Part shown: positions 1 to 10,062 of the stretch, one piece after another
How positions within the stretch are numbered: the stretch's first letter is position 1
Layout: every line of letters begins with the position of its first letter
Assembly: GCA_947084985.1 (NCBI GenBank)
Contig: CAMTUI010000005.1
Coordinates: 2,358-66,357 of the forward strand
Length of the DNA: 64,000 nt
Direction of reading: 5' to 3'
Origin: Methanobacteriota archaeon
Lineage (GTDB): Archaea > Thermoplasmatota > Thermoplasmata > RBG-16-68-12
The notes under the pieces: model-generated
What the model saw: only the letters and a program-made list of their open reading frames with translations
Told to the model about the DNA's origin: nothing
Database searches by the model: none
Translations under genes and position numbers: made by a program

Positions 1-7
1 GGCGACC

Positions 8-850
8 GTGGACATCGACCTCGAGGCGAAGGAGGTCGTCGCGGAGATCGAGACGGGCACGACGTTCACGTACTGGACGTTCAACGGGAAGGTCCCGGGC
101 CCGTTCTTCCGCGTCCGGGTGGGAGACACGGTCATCGTGCACTTCAAGAACAACGAAACGAGCACGATGATGCACTCCGTGGACTTCCACGCGGTCACGG
201 GACCCGGAGGCGGCATGGCCGCGACGGAGTCCATGCCGGGCGAGGAGAACAGCTTCTCCTTCAAGGCGCTTGTCCCGGGCGTGTTCGTGTACCACTGCGC
301 ATCCGCGCACATCCCGAGCCACATCTCGATGGGCATGTACGGCCTGATCCTCGTGGAGCCGGTGGGCGGACTGCCGGCGGTGGACCGCGAATTCTACGTG
401 ATGCAGGGGGACATCTATACGCGATGGGCCGCCGGCACGCGGGGACACCAGGAGTTCGACGCGACGAAGCTGCTCGACGAGAATCCGACGTACGTCGTGT
501 TCAACGGGCGGTTCGCTGCCCTCACGGGGGACCACACGCTCAACGCGACCGTGAACGACACCGTGCGGATCTACTTCGGCGTCGGTGGCCCGAACTTGAT
601 CTCTTCGTTCCACGTGATCGGAGAGATTTTCGATTACGTGTACAACCTGGGAGACCTGCAGAGCGCGCCCCTCCAAGGCGTCCAGACGGTCATGGTGCCT
701 CCGGGTGGCGCACTCGTCGTGGACTTCGGGGTCCAGGTGCCGGGGAACTACCTGCTCGTGGACCACTCCCTCGTGCGGACGATCGACAAAGGCTCGGTGG
801 GCATCCTGAAGGTCGACGGTCCCTCGGACCCGACGATCTTCAATCCGTGA
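8..850 (+). CDS. nirK: Copper-containing nitrite reductase (probably 5'-truncated by the window edge)
   Basis: WTFNGKVPGP, HSVDFHA, YHCA..HI..GMYG, SSFHVIGEIFD and LVDH copper-ligand motifs. Confidence 0.92.
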   Translation: MDIDLEAKEVVAEIETGTTFTYWTFNGKVPGPFFRVRVGDTVIVHFKNNETSTMMHSVDFHAVTGPGGGMAATESMPGEENSFSFKALVPGVFVYHCASAHIPSHISMGMYGLILVEPVGGLPAVDREFYVMQGDIYTRWAAGTRGHQEFDATKLLDENPTYVVFNGRFAALTGDHTLNATVNDTVRIYFGVGGPNLISSFHVIGEIFDYVYNLGDLQSAPLQGVQTVMVPPGGALVVDFGVQVPGNYLLVDHSLVRTIDKGSVGILKVDGPSDPTIFNP

Positions 851-874
851 GGGAAGGAACGCGGGCGGATCGAG

Positions 875-1351
875 ATGCCGCAAGGTCGCGTCTGGCAAAC
901 GGTCCGGTCGGGCGGGGAGGCCCGGTCGGACCCCTTTCAGCTCCTGGTCGCGGAACATGAGCTCCTCCGAGCGCAGCTCCGCAGGGCACAGACCGGTGCA
1001 CATCGAGCGGACGTCCAGCGCCTGGCGGCTGCGGTCCGGTCGCACATGCACCGGGAATCGCGGGCCCTCTACCCGGTGTGCGAGCGCCTCTTCGGCGGAC
1101 CGGACGGCGCGGTCGCGGTGATGCGGGAGGACCACGACGCGATGCAGGCAGAGCTCCACTCCCTCGAGCACGCCGCAACGGGTCGTGACAGCGGCGATAT
1201 CATGCCACGACTCGAGGCCTTCGCCAACCATCTCGAGGAGCATCTCGCCCGGGAGGAACGGGTCCTATTCCCGCTCATGGCGGCACTCCTCTCCGGGTCC
1301 GATGCCGCACGGCTCGCCGACCGCCTTCGCGTCGACGCGCGCAAACGGTGA
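875..1351 (+). CDS. Hemerythrin/HHE cation-binding domain protein
   Basis: EH...HxxxE..LYP...DH...HxxxEE..LFP repeated pattern. Confidence 0.8.
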   Translation: MPQGRVWQTVRSGGEARSDPFQLLVAEHELLRAQLRRAQTGAHRADVQRLAAAVRSHMHRESRALYPVCERLFGGPDGAVAVMREDHDAMQAELHSLEHAATGRDSGDIMPRLEAFANHLEEHLAREERVLFPLMAALLSGSDAARLADRLRVDARKR

Positions 1352-1364
1352 GGCATCGATCCGC

Positions 1365-1610
1365 TTACGTCGAAAGCTCGGCGCCGAGGTCCTCGACTTC
1401 AAACGTGATGTGGTGCTCTCGGAGCCGCTCCAGATAAGTCGCGCGGGACTCGTTCGACAACACCTCGGACGGATAAACGCCGTGCGGGGAGACCTCCCCG
1501 CGCGCACCATCTCCACCAAGATTGCGACCGACACACCGAGCTTGTATGACATGTTCGTCGCAGCCGGAATCCAGGCTGGGACTTCGCGAAGGGAGGGCAG
1601 GACGCGGAGC
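1365..1610 (-). pseudogene. Frameshifted 3' remnant of a saccharopine dehydrogenase-like gene
   Basis: ATNMSYKLGVSVAILVEMVR then, after a 1-nt shift, GEVSPHGVYPSEVL..YLERLREHHITFEVE, resembling the C-terminus of that family; no 5' part. Confidence 0.4.
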
Positions 1611-1622
1611 CCGAATTCGGGA

Positions 1623-2390
1623 TCACTCGATCTCGAGGCGTGCCTCTCCCTGGATCGCTCCGGCGCGCGCGACGACTCGATAGACCCCCGGCACGAGGCC
1701 GACAGGCAACCGCACGACGCCCTCGAAATCCCCACCCGACATGACGGACGACGCCCGGACGACCGCTCGACCTCCGGGATCGAGGACCGTGAACTCGAGC
1801 GGCTTCGCCGAACGGTCCGGGCCGGTGAGCTCGCCCGCCACCGTGATCGTCTGACCCGATCGGGCTCGCATCGGCGTTGCGGCAACGACGATTCCAGGAC
1901 CGCGCAGCAGTCGATCCCCGAGTCGGTGCGCCCCGCGATGGAGCACGATCGGCTGTTTCGATGGGTCCCAGGTGAACTCGATGACTTCGCCCACGAACGC
2001 GGTGTGGTCTCCCATGACCACCTGCTGCACGAGGCGACATTCGGCGTTGAGGAGGGCCCCTTTGATCATCGGGGCCTTGATCGTCTTCGCCGGGTACGTC
2101 TCGAAGACGAGGCTCGAAAGCTTGTCCGTGTCGGACTTCGAGAAATGACCCGCAAAGGCCATCGCGGCCACCTGTTCCTCGGAGACCAGGTTCACGCCGA
2201 ACTCCTTCGAGGCCTCGATCGCGTCGAACGTCGCGTTCTCAGGGCCCACATGGACGGCGATCAGAAAGGGCTCGTAGGAGACGTTGAACGTCCACTCCGC
2301 CGCCATCACGTTCGGACCCTTCGGGCCCTCGGTCGTGATGAGCGCGACGGTCGTCGTGAAGGCGCGCCACGCTTCGCGGAGGTCCGCCAT
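1623..2390 (-). CDS. Flavin reductase (DIM6/NTAB) family protein with extra C-terminal beta-rich domain
   Basis: GPNVMAAEW..VSYEP, EFGVN, GDHTAFVGEV motifs. Confidence 0.85.
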   Translation of the reverse strand: MADLREAWRAFTTTVALITTEGPKGPNVMAAEWTFNVSYEPFLIAVHVGPENATFDAIEASKEFGVNLVSEEQVAAMAFAGHFSKSDTDKLSSLVFETYPAKTIKAPMIKGALLNAECRLVQQVVMGDHTAFVGEVIEFTWDPSKQPIVLHRGAHRLGDRLLRGPGIVVAATPMRARSGQTITVAGELTGPDRSAKPLEFTVLDPGGRAVVRASSVMSGGDFEGVVRLPVGLVPGVYRVVARAGAIQGEARLEIE

Positions 2391-2459
2391 GGGTCCTGAA
2401 TCAACGGGGTCCGTCGAATATAGTCCTGCGGGTTTGCAAAATGGACGAGTGCGCTGGCC

Positions 2460-2792
2460 TCACTTCGTGCGCTGCAGATAGCGCGACGACTCAAGCCGGA
2501 TCGTCTCCGTGCGCGCGCGGTCCACCTCTGCGATCAGGTCGACCGAGTGCCGGAGATTGCGGTGGCTCGCGGCGATTCCCCACACGCCGCTGAGGACCAT
2601 CGCGACCGCCAAGGCGACCGCGAGGGTGCGCGCCTCCGTCGTGGAGACGGACGCCTGTTGCACGAGGTTCGCCAGGTCGGGCAGCCCGACGAGGAGGCCG
2701 ATCGCTAGGCCGACGACGAAGATGATCGTCCACAGGACCGTCATCGCGACGCGTCGCCCGACGTGCGCCTGCGCGCTGAAGGGAGTCGACAT
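2460..2792 (-). CDS. Hypothetical membrane protein (2 TM)
   Basis: Two hydrophobic stretches; start taken at MSTPF. Confidence 0.55.
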   Translation of the reverse strand: MSTPFSAQAHVGRRVAMTVLWTIIFVVGLAIGLLVGLPDLANLVQQASVSTTEARTLAVALAVAMVLSGVWGIAASHRNLRHSVDLIAEVDRARTETIRLESSRYLQRTK

Positions 2793-2893
2793 GACCGTCC
2801 GGGCGGATGACCGCCGCGAGACTAGATAAAAGATTGGGCAATCTTGGCGGTACCCTGGCAAACGTTCAAACGCTGCCGAGCGCGTGAAGGCGC

Positions 2894-4429
2894 GTGGCCG
2901 CAACGGCTGCGAGGCTGCTCGCCTTCGTCCGCAGGCTGCCGTGGTATCGATTCGGCGCGGGGGTCGTGGCGGGCGGCGTCGGCCTCCTTCTCACGTTCTT
3001 CATGCGGGCCCTCGGCCTCGGCGTGTTCCTCCCGGAGGTTGCCGTCGACTTCGTCGTGGGCCGCATCCCGGGATCGATCGAATCGCTCTTCATCTCGACG
3101 ATGGGGGAAGGGGCGAAGGTCCTCGCCCTCTCGACCGCCGTCGTCGTTTTCCTCATCCTCCCCGGAGTCTATTCGACATTCTACCGCCGGGTCCAGGCGT
3201 GGCTCCGACGTCGGTTCGTTGTCCTCGCGTTCTACGCGCTCAGCTCTGCGGGAATCGTGCTTGCGGCGATCCTGCCAATCCTCGGAGGCGGATTCTTCGG
3301 CGCCTCGACGTCAGCGGGTGCGGGCTTCGCGACGATGAGCCAGCTGCTTGGATTCTGGCTCTACGCGGCCGTACTCGACTACTTCCTCGTGGATGTCGCC
3401 GCCCGATACCCGCAGGGGTTCGGCCTCAGCCGGAGGCAGTTCCTGATCACCGGCGCCTCCGCGATCGCCTTCGCGGCTCTCGCGCTGTACGGTCTCACGA
3501 CCCTCGTCTCGAAGACCGGGCGACTCGTGTTCGCGTCCGTGGCGGAGATGTTCGCGAAAGAGGTCACTCCGACGGAGGAGTTCTACAAGGTCACGAAGAA
3601 CGTGATCGATCCGACGGTGGACGAGACCTCCTGGCGGCTCGTCGTGGCGGGCCTCGTGTCGGATCCGAGTTCGTACACGTTTGCGGAGGTCGAGGCGCTC
3701 GCTGCCACGGAGGAGCACGTGACCCTCGAGTGCGTGAGCAACGAGATCGGCGGGAATCTGATCAGCACGGCGAAATGGACGGGCGTGCCCCTCGGGAACC
3801 TCCTGGTGGCGGCGGGGATCGACGACGCCGCAGACTGGATCGCGTTCACCTGTGCGGACGGATACACGGTCGCGATCCCGAGGGCAAAGGCCCTGGAAGC
3901 CACGACCCTCGTGGTCGTGAGGATGAACGATGCCCGCCTCACGCCCGCACACGGATTTCCCGCGCGCATTGTCGTGCCTGGGGTCTACGGGATGTTCCAC
4001 GCGAAGTGGGTCACGCGCATCGAGGCGGTCCAAGGGGAGTTCCGCGGGTTCTGGCAGCAGAAGGGATGGACGAACGACGGCCGCGTGCACACGATGGCGA
4101 TCATCGCGACTCCTCCGGCGGACAGCGTCGTCGGATCGTCCGTGACCATCGGCGGGGTCGCATTCTCGGGAGACCGCGGAATCTCCGCGGTCGACGTGAG
4201 CACGGACGGCGGGAGCACCTGGCGGCGCGCGAACCTGAATGAGCCGCGCGATGCGAGGCGCACGTGGGTGCTCTGGACGATCGACTGGACGCCCCCGACG
4301 AGCGGGTCCTACCGGATCGTCGCGAGGGCCGTCGACGGAGATGGCATGTCGCAGGAGGCCACCGCGGCGTCTCCGTTCCCGAACGGCGCGTCCGGATACG
4401 ACGCGATCACTCTGCTCGTCTCCCGATAG
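2894..4429 (+). CDS. Sulfite oxidase-family molybdopterin oxidoreductase with N-terminal membrane domain
   Basis: TLECVSN, AKWTGVPL, HGFPARIVVPG..KWV motifs; internal SRRQFL; Moco dimerisation domain. Confidence 0.9.
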   Translation: MAATAARLLAFVRRLPWYRFGAGVVAGGVGLLLTFFMRALGLGVFLPEVAVDFVVGRIPGSIESLFISTMGEGAKVLALSTAVVVFLILPGVYSTFYRRVQAWLRRRFVVLAFYALSSAGIVLAAILPILGGGFFGASTSAGAGFATMSQLLGFWLYAAVLDYFLVDVAARYPQGFGLSRRQFLITGASAIAFAALALYGLTTLVSKTGRLVFASVAEMFAKEVTPTEEFYKVTKNVIDPTVDETSWRLVVAGLVSDPSSYTFAEVEALAATEEHVTLECVSNEIGGNLISTAKWTGVPLGNLLVAAGIDDAADWIAFTCADGYTVAIPRAKALEATTLVVVRMNDARLTPAHGFPARIVVPGVYGMFHAKWVTRIEAVQGEFRGFWQQKGWTNDGRVHTMAIIATPPADSVVGSSVTIGGVAFSGDRGISAVDVSTDGGSTWRRANLNEPRDARRTWVLWTIDWTPPTSGSYRIVARAVDGDGMSQEATAASPFPNGASGYDAITLLVSR

Positions 4430-4435
4430 GCGGGA

Positions 4436-4636
4436 TTATTTTCCCTTCGCGGCGGGACTTGAGCGGTATCCGAACACAATCAGGATCCCGCCGAGAACCA
4501 CCGTTCCGATTCCGATCCACAACCAGGTGGGATCGTTCGACATGAAGGAGCCCAGGAGGAAGCCCGAGCCCTGGAGCGCCCAGACGGCCCCGATGAGGGC
4601 AATCAGCACGCCGAGGACCAGGAGAACGGGCCGCAA
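4436..4636 (-). CDS. Small membrane protein
   Basis: Two TM helices, WALQG..GSFM..W pattern. Confidence 0.7.
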   Translation of the reverse strand: MRPVLLVLGVLIALIGAVWALQGSGFLLGSFMSNDPTWLWIGIGTVVLGGILIVFGYRSSPAAKGK

Positions 4637-4691
4637 TGGCGGCGCTCACGCTCGCGTGAGGGATAAGGATTCGCCCGAGACCGGACGTAGC

Positions 4692-5405
4692 TCAGCGCAT
4701 CCCGTTCGTCTGCGTCGTCGTCTCGAGGCCCCAGTCGTACAGAAGGTAGAACCGCTCCCGTCCGGTCGGCATGCGCATCATGCCGACGAGCCACGGGTCC
4801 GCCATGCCAACGGCCTGCCACACTTCAACGCGCTCGAAGTGCGACACGGCGCCGCGGGCCCGCGACACGGCCTCGGCGGGCAGCGCCTTCGCGCGGTTCA
4901 GCGCATGGCGCTTGAAGTTCCACACGGACCAGTCGGCCCACAGGTGTGATTTCTTCGGGATCTCGACCGCGAGCTCAGGCGCCAGGAGCGTAAGATACTC
5001 CTTTCTCACGGACACGAACGACTTGTCCATCGAGGTCACGGGGATCTCCGCGAGCCCGGTGAGGTTCTGCGTCGCCCATTGGTCGTAAGCGATCTCCGCC
5101 CGGTGCGTCGCGATCCGCTGCGGCAGGCTCGAGAGGACGCGCTGCGTGTAGCGCATGTCCGCCTCGAACGTCTTGGCGAGGGTCTCATCGGACCGGTATG
5201 CCTCGATTTTCTCCCGCGCCTCGCGCAGTTCGTCCTGCCACAGGCGCACGAGGTTGTCGTCGCTCTCCACTTCGTCGGACACGGGTCTCTGTGCAGCGTC
5301 CAAAAGCTGGTCCATGAGTTCCGCGCTCACCGTTTCCACCCCGGTGCCTCCCGGGGGACGGCGGCGCTCGCGACGTTCGAGCGAACGACGTGTTCCGTCT
5401 ACCAC
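4692..5405 (-). CDS. Hypothetical protein
   Basis: Protein-like composition and codon usage; no recognised family; start uncertain. Confidence 0.6.
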   Translation of the reverse strand: MVDGTRRSLERRERRRPPGGTGVETVSAELMDQLLDAAQRPVSDEVESDDNLVRLWQDELREAREKIEAYRSDETLAKTFEADMRYTQRVLSSLPQRIATHRAEIAYDQWATQNLTGLAEIPVTSMDKSFVSVRKEYLTLLAPELAVEIPKKSHLWADWSVWNFKRHALNRAKALPAEAVSRARGAVSHFERVEVWQAVGMADPWLVGMMRMPTGRERFYLLYDWGLETTTQTNGMR

Positions 5406-5521
5406 GCCTCCCCTGGGTCCTCGGTCCCGGTCGACCGATTAGGCCCTTAGTATCCGAAGTGGGGCTTTAAAACTTAAGGTCCTCCGAAAGCGCACGGAGG
5501 CGCGGCTATCCCGAGGACGGA

Positions 5522-5914
5522 TCAGCCGCCCGTCGTCACGAGCTCCGCATGCTCCTTCCAGGTCTTGTAGAGCTCCTCGATCTCGTACGGCGGGGCGTGG
5601 CAGGCGAGGTAACGGAGCCGCTTCCGGCCGACGTTGCGGATCCCATGCGTGCTACCCGGCGGGAAGTACACGGCCGTGTCGGCTCCGAGCACGCGCTTCT
5701 CCCTGTCCGACGTCACCTCGCCCCGTCCCTCGAGGATGTAGTACATCGATTCGACCGTGCGATGCTCGTGGACCGGCGTGGTGCCGCCCGGCTGGACGTC
5801 GACCACGGTAATCATGAACTTGCGCGACCCGACATTGTGCGGGCTAATGACCTGGTGCGAGCGGCTCTTGTCGCCTTTCAAGGCCTTCGCCGACTTGCGA
5901 TGAACGACCTTCAT
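5522..5914 (-). CDS. Cupin domain protein
   Basis: PGG.TPVHEH...E..YILEG.G and PPGSTHG cupin motifs. Confidence 0.85.
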   Translation of the reverse strand: MKVVHRKSAKALKGDKSRSHQVISPHNVGSRKFMITVVDVQPGGTTPVHEHRTVESMYYILEGRGEVTSDREKRVLGADTAVYFPPGSTHGIRNVGRKRLRYLACHAPPYEIEELYKTWKEHAELVTTGG

Positions 5915-6013
5915 GGGTCCACCAGCTCCGCAAAGTGTGGTGGGCATTTGGAGTTTCCGCATGTTCCGTTCGGCGCACAACCATTATAAGTGGCGGGAGG
6001 GGTTCGCGGCGCA

Positions 6014-6979
6014 ATGGTCCGCGTCGAGGTCATCGCCTACACGCCGACCGATTTTATCGAGGAGCAGGAAGCGACAATCGGCCGGTGCCGGGAGCTCGTC
6101 GAGAAGTACAGCGTCACCTGGGTGAACGTCGTCGACCCGGACGGCCGGACCCTCGAGGAGCTCGAGACGCTCTTCGGGTTCCATCCGCTCGCCCTGGAGG
6201 ACGCGACGCACCAGGAGCTCGCGCCGAAGGTCGAGCATTACGACGACCTCGTGTTCATCGTCGCACGGACGATCGTCTGGGCGGAAGAGATCGAGACGGA
6301 CCAGCTGTCGATCTTCCTCTCCAAGAAGTTCGTCGTGACGATCCACGACAAGGTGTTCCCTCAGCTCGAGGACATCCGCATCCGCCTGCGAAAGAAGAAT
6401 CCGCGCATCCTGAAGTCCGGGGCGGACTTCCTCGCGTACACGATCCTCGACGTGCTCGTGGACTCGTATTTCCCGCACCTCGACCGATTCCAGTCGCTCT
6501 TGGACCAGCTCGAGGAGGCGATCGTCGAACGCCCGAGCGGGGAGGGGATCGCTCGTCTCCACATGCTCCGGACGGACATCGTACGCCTCCGCAACGCCCT
6601 CCGACCGCAGCGGGACATGTTCGGTGTGCTGAGTCGCCTCGAGGTACCGCTCTTCCGGAAGGAGATGCGGAACTACCTCCGGGACGTGCAGGACCACATG
6701 ATCGGCGCCCTGGACACCCTGGACGCCTACCGGGAAATCGTCGCGAGCCTCATGGAGGTCCAGGCGACCCTCGTCTCGAACCAGGTGAACGAAGTGATCA
6801 AGGTCCTCACGGTCATCTTCACGGTCACCCTGCCGATCGCGATCGTGTCGAGCGCCTTCGGGATGAACGTGGCGTTCTTCGGGTTCAACGAGCCCGGGGG
6901 CCTCTACCTCGCCCTCGTCCTGATGTTCGCCCCGACCCTCGCGCTCGCATTGTGGATGCGCCGGAAAGGCTGGCTCTAA
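6014..6979 (+). CDS. corA: Magnesium/cobalt transporter CorA
   Basis: HPLALED, GADFL, C-terminal FGMN signature between two TM helices. Confidence 0.93.
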   Translation: MVRVEVIAYTPTDFIEEQEATIGRCRELVEKYSVTWVNVVDPDGRTLEELETLFGFHPLALEDATHQELAPKVEHYDDLVFIVARTIVWAEEIETDQLSIFLSKKFVVTIHDKVFPQLEDIRIRLRKKNPRILKSGADFLAYTILDVLVDSYFPHLDRFQSLLDQLEEAIVERPSGEGIARLHMLRTDIVRLRNALRPQRDMFGVLSRLEVPLFRKEMRNYLRDVQDHMIGALDTLDAYREIVASLMEVQATLVSNQVNEVIKVLTVIFTVTLPIAIVSSAFGMNVAFFGFNEPGGLYLALVLMFAPTLALALWMRRKGWL

Positions 6980-7035
6980 GGCCTCCGTCCGAGGCATGGA
7001 AATACCGGGACGTCGATGCCTCCCGGGGGACGAGC

Positions 7036-7875
7036 ATGGCGCCGTGGAAGTACACGGACGACTACGATCGGGAATACACACGGACCACGTGGAACGAGAG
7101 CGCGGCGGAGTACCTGCGCGTGATGAAGCAGCTCGAGCCTTACGGGTTCGACCTCCTCGCCCGGGTGGACCCGAAGGTGCGGGAGGCGGCCCTCGATCTC
7201 GCGACGGGACCCGGGGAGCCGGCGATGAGCATCGCTCGGATGGTCGGGCCCCAGGGCCGCGTGACGGGCATCGACCTCTCGGAGAAGATGGTCGAGCTGG
7301 CCACGCGGATCGCGAAGGAACGCCGGATCCCGAACATCGACTTCCGCGTCATGGACGCGGAGACGCTCGAGTTCCCGGATGATACGTTCGACCTCGTCAC
7401 GAGCCGCTTCGGCTTCCAGATCTTCACGAACCCGGAAGGGGTGGCGAAGGAGGCATGTCGCGTCGTGAAGCCGAAGGGACGGATCGGCGTGACTGTGTGG
7501 AGCACGGCGGAGAAGGCGCACGCGATCCACGCCGTCGTCGGCCCGATGCTCGAGTTCGCTGAACCCGATGAGACGGGGTACCTCCCGACGCCGTACGAGC
7601 TCGGCGGGCCGGGAGAAATGGGGAAGCTCCTCTTGGAAGCGGGATTCCATGATCCCGGGGAGGAGCGGCGGACCCACACGTTGCACTTCAAGGACGAGGA
7701 CGACTACTTCGACGCCATCCTCGGCGGGACGCCCCTCGGCCACTCCCTGAAAGAGGAGGACCCGCCGGTCCAGGAGAAGATCCTCGCGAAGACGAGGCAG
7801 AACCTGCGGCAGTGGAAGACCCGCGGCGGGATCGACATCCCCTGTGAGTGCGTCGTCGCGACCGCGCGGAAGTGA
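7036..7875 (+). CDS. Class I SAM-dependent methyltransferase (UbiE-like)
   Basis: LDLATGPGEP, GIDLS, DAETL.FPDDTFD motifs; start at MAPWKY. Confidence 0.88.
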   Translation: MAPWKYTDDYDREYTRTTWNESAAEYLRVMKQLEPYGFDLLARVDPKVREAALDLATGPGEPAMSIARMVGPQGRVTGIDLSEKMVELATRIAKERRIPNIDFRVMDAETLEFPDDTFDLVTSRFGFQIFTNPEGVAKEACRVVKPKGRIGVTVWSTAEKAHAIHAVVGPMLEFAEPDETGYLPTPYELGGPGEMGKLLLEAGFHDPGEERRTHTLHFKDEDDYFDAILGGTPLGHSLKEEDPPVQEKILAKTRQNLRQWKTRGGIDIPCECVVATARK

Positions 7876-7887
7876 CGACGTGCCGGT

Positions 7888-9636
7888 TCACTGTGCGACG
7901 ACGAGGTTCGGCACGCCGTCGGGGGACCAGTTGCGGTACCGGTAGTACTCGTCCCGCAGCCGGTTCCACGTCTCCTCGCCGAGTCGCACCCGCTTCCCGT
8001 TCACGTCGACCTCGGCATCGATGAGCCGCTTCGGGAGGGCGTCCTTGTCCTTCGTGTGCCCGCGCTCGATGTCGAGCCACCGCTCGAGGTCCGTGATCTG
8101 CCGCGCGACGCGGCGCATCTCCTCCTCTGTGATGTCCTTGCCGAGGACGACCTTGTACGCCTCGGGCGTCTCCGTGAAGACGACGGGCGTCACGAGAGTG
8201 CAGATCCCGATCGAATCGATCACCGCGGTCTCGTCGAGGAGGTCCGAGATGAGCTTCGGCTTGCCTTCCGGGCCCGTGCGGGCGTCGAGGCTCATGCCCA
8301 GCTCCATGTAGACGCTCCAGGCCTTGTTGTGGCATCCGTGGCGGGGGCCGAAGACGTAACAGAGGAACATGCCCCACGAGCCCCGGGGATCGTACGCCGG
8401 GAGTTCCATGCCGCACTGCTGGATCGCGAAGTCCTCCGACTGCCCGTCGAACACCTGGCTCGCACGGAGCGTGCCCTCCGCAAGGACATCGCCGATGCCC
8501 TTTCGGTGCGTCATCATCTCGATGAGCTCGAACATCTTCTCGTTGCTCGGCCATGAGTCCCGGACGAGACCGCGCTCGATGCACTCGCGGTAGAATCCGA
8601 GGATCGAGCCGGTCGAGATCGTATCGAGGCCGTACTGGTCGCACAGCTTGTTCGCATGGACGATGATGTCCGGATCGTCGTTCAGGACCTGCGGGCCGAA
8701 GGCCCACGTCGTCTCGTACTCCGGACCGCGGCCCTGGTCCCCGTAGCGGGACGTGTTCGTCCGCGTGCAGCGGATCGAGCAATCGAAGCAGGTCGTGTAA
8801 CCGGTGAGGATGTTCAGGAACTTCGGGAAGTAGAGGTTCTCTCCTTTCTCCCATTGGACCTCTTGCCAGTTGTGGGTCGGCCAGAGGTTACCCTCGTTCA
8901 CCTTCGGCGGGATCTCCATCGTGCCCTGCTCGTGGAAGTACCCGCTCCGCTCCTTGTTCTGGGCGAGGGTCTTCTTGTGGAACACCTTGATCGGTTCGCC
9001 ACCCAGACCGGGGAAGTCCTTCGTGCCGAAGACCGTGATCGCCTTGAGCTTCTTTGCGCCGAGGACCGCGCCGAGTCCGCCCCGGGCCGCCATGCGGTCC
9101 TCGAGGGCGACGCCTGCGACGCGGACGAGGTTCTCGCCCGCCTGGCCGATGCAGAGGGCCCGACCAGCAGCCTTCAGCTTCTCCCGGGTCTCCTCCGTGT
9201 TGAGGCCCCAGAGATGCGACGCGTCCTTGATCGCCGCCTTTCCGTCGCGGATCTCGACGTACACCGGGTTATCGGACTTGCCGACTACGCGGACGACATC
9301 GAAGCCCGCCTTGCGGAGCGTCGGTCCCCAGAATCCGCCGCCTGCGGCACAAGAGTAATATCCCGTGAGCGGGCTGACCGTCACGACCCACGTCCGGTTG
9401 CAGGAGGCGATCGTCCCCTCGTACGGGGACGTGCAGAAGAACACGGGCATGCGGGGATGGTAGGGGTCGAGCCGGAAGTCCTCCTCGCTGAGGAGCTTTG
9501 CCCCGATGCCGCGTCCGCCGATGTACTGTTCCCAGTACCAGGCGTCGCGTTCCTCCGGCTCGATCTCGCCGGAATCCAGGTCCACGCTCACCATGCGGAG
9601 CTTCGGTTCGATGGTCCCGCCGTCCCGCGTGTGCAA
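7888..9636 (-). CDS. aor: Aldehyde:ferredoxin oxidoreductase family (W/Mo-pterin)
   Basis: GGRGIG, SPLTG, GGLGAVLG.KKLKAI, C..C.I.C, GPEYET, D.YGLDTIS, YDPRG; start uncertain (9594-9636). Confidence 0.9.
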   Translation of the reverse strand: MHTRDGGTIEPKLRMVSVDLDSGEIEPEERDAWYWEQYIGGRGIGAKLLSEEDFRLDPYHPRMPVFFCTSPYEGTIASCNRTWVVTVSPLTGYYSCAAGGGFWGPTLRKAGFDVVRVVGKSDNPVYVEIRDGKAAIKDASHLWGLNTEETREKLKAAGRALCIGQAGENLVRVAGVALEDRMAARGGLGAVLGAKKLKAITVFGTKDFPGLGGEPIKVFHKKTLAQNKERSGYFHEQGTMEIPPKVNEGNLWPTHNWQEVQWEKGENLYFPKFLNILTGYTTCFDCSIRCTRTNTSRYGDQGRGPEYETTWAFGPQVLNDDPDIIVHANKLCDQYGLDTISTGSILGFYRECIERGLVRDSWPSNEKMFELIEMMTHRKGIGDVLAEGTLRASQVFDGQSEDFAIQQCGMELPAYDPRGSWGMFLCYVFGPRHGCHNKAWSVYMELGMSLDARTGPEGKPKLISDLLDETAVIDSIGICTLVTPVVFTETPEAYKVVLGKDITEEEMRRVARQITDLERWLDIERGHTKDKDALPKRLIDAEVDVNGKRVRLGEETWNRLRDEYYRYRNWSPDGVPNLVVAQ

Positions 9637-9711
9637 TGGCAGCGGGCTTACTAAACGGTTCTCTCCATGCCTTCGAAGGCCTTTTATGACCCTCCCGCGT
9701 TCGAAGCGACC

Positions 9712-10062
9712 GTGCGCGTGACCGTGCGCCTCATGGGCCCGTACAAGCGCCTGGCCGGCGTGACGGACGACGTGTCCGTGACCCCGGCGGAGCCGACCCT
9801 CGGGGGCGTGCTCGCGGCAATCGCGGAGCGATATCCCGAAGCGGGACGGAAGCTGCAGCCGTCCGCGGGGAAGATCGAGCCCGCGGTCCGGATCGTCGTG
9901 AACGACGTCGTGCTCCAAGGGGCCACGGTCGCCCACGGAGTGAAGGATGGGGACCGCGTGGCCTTCGTCCCGATTGTGGGCGGCGGGCTCACGTCACACG
10001 ATTCAGCTTCCCGCTCTTCACGTCGTAGACGAACCCCGTCACGGGGATGTTCTTCGGGATGA
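9712..10062 (+). CDS. MoaD/ThiS/SAMP ubiquitin-like sulfur carrier with C-terminal extension after GG
   Basis: Beta-grasp pattern VVND...DGDRVAFVPIVGGG, divergent from aor. Confidence 0.8.
   Translation: MRVTVRLMGPYKRLAGVTDDVSVTPAEPTLGGVLAAIAERYPEAGRKLQPSAGKIEPAVRIVVNDVVLQGATVAHGVKDGDRVAFVPIVGGGLTSHDSASRSSRRRRTPSRGCSSG

Noticed and set aside
5935-7035. Long N-terminal extension of the methyltransferase ORF
   Set aside because: Out-of-frame overlap with corA; real start likely 7036
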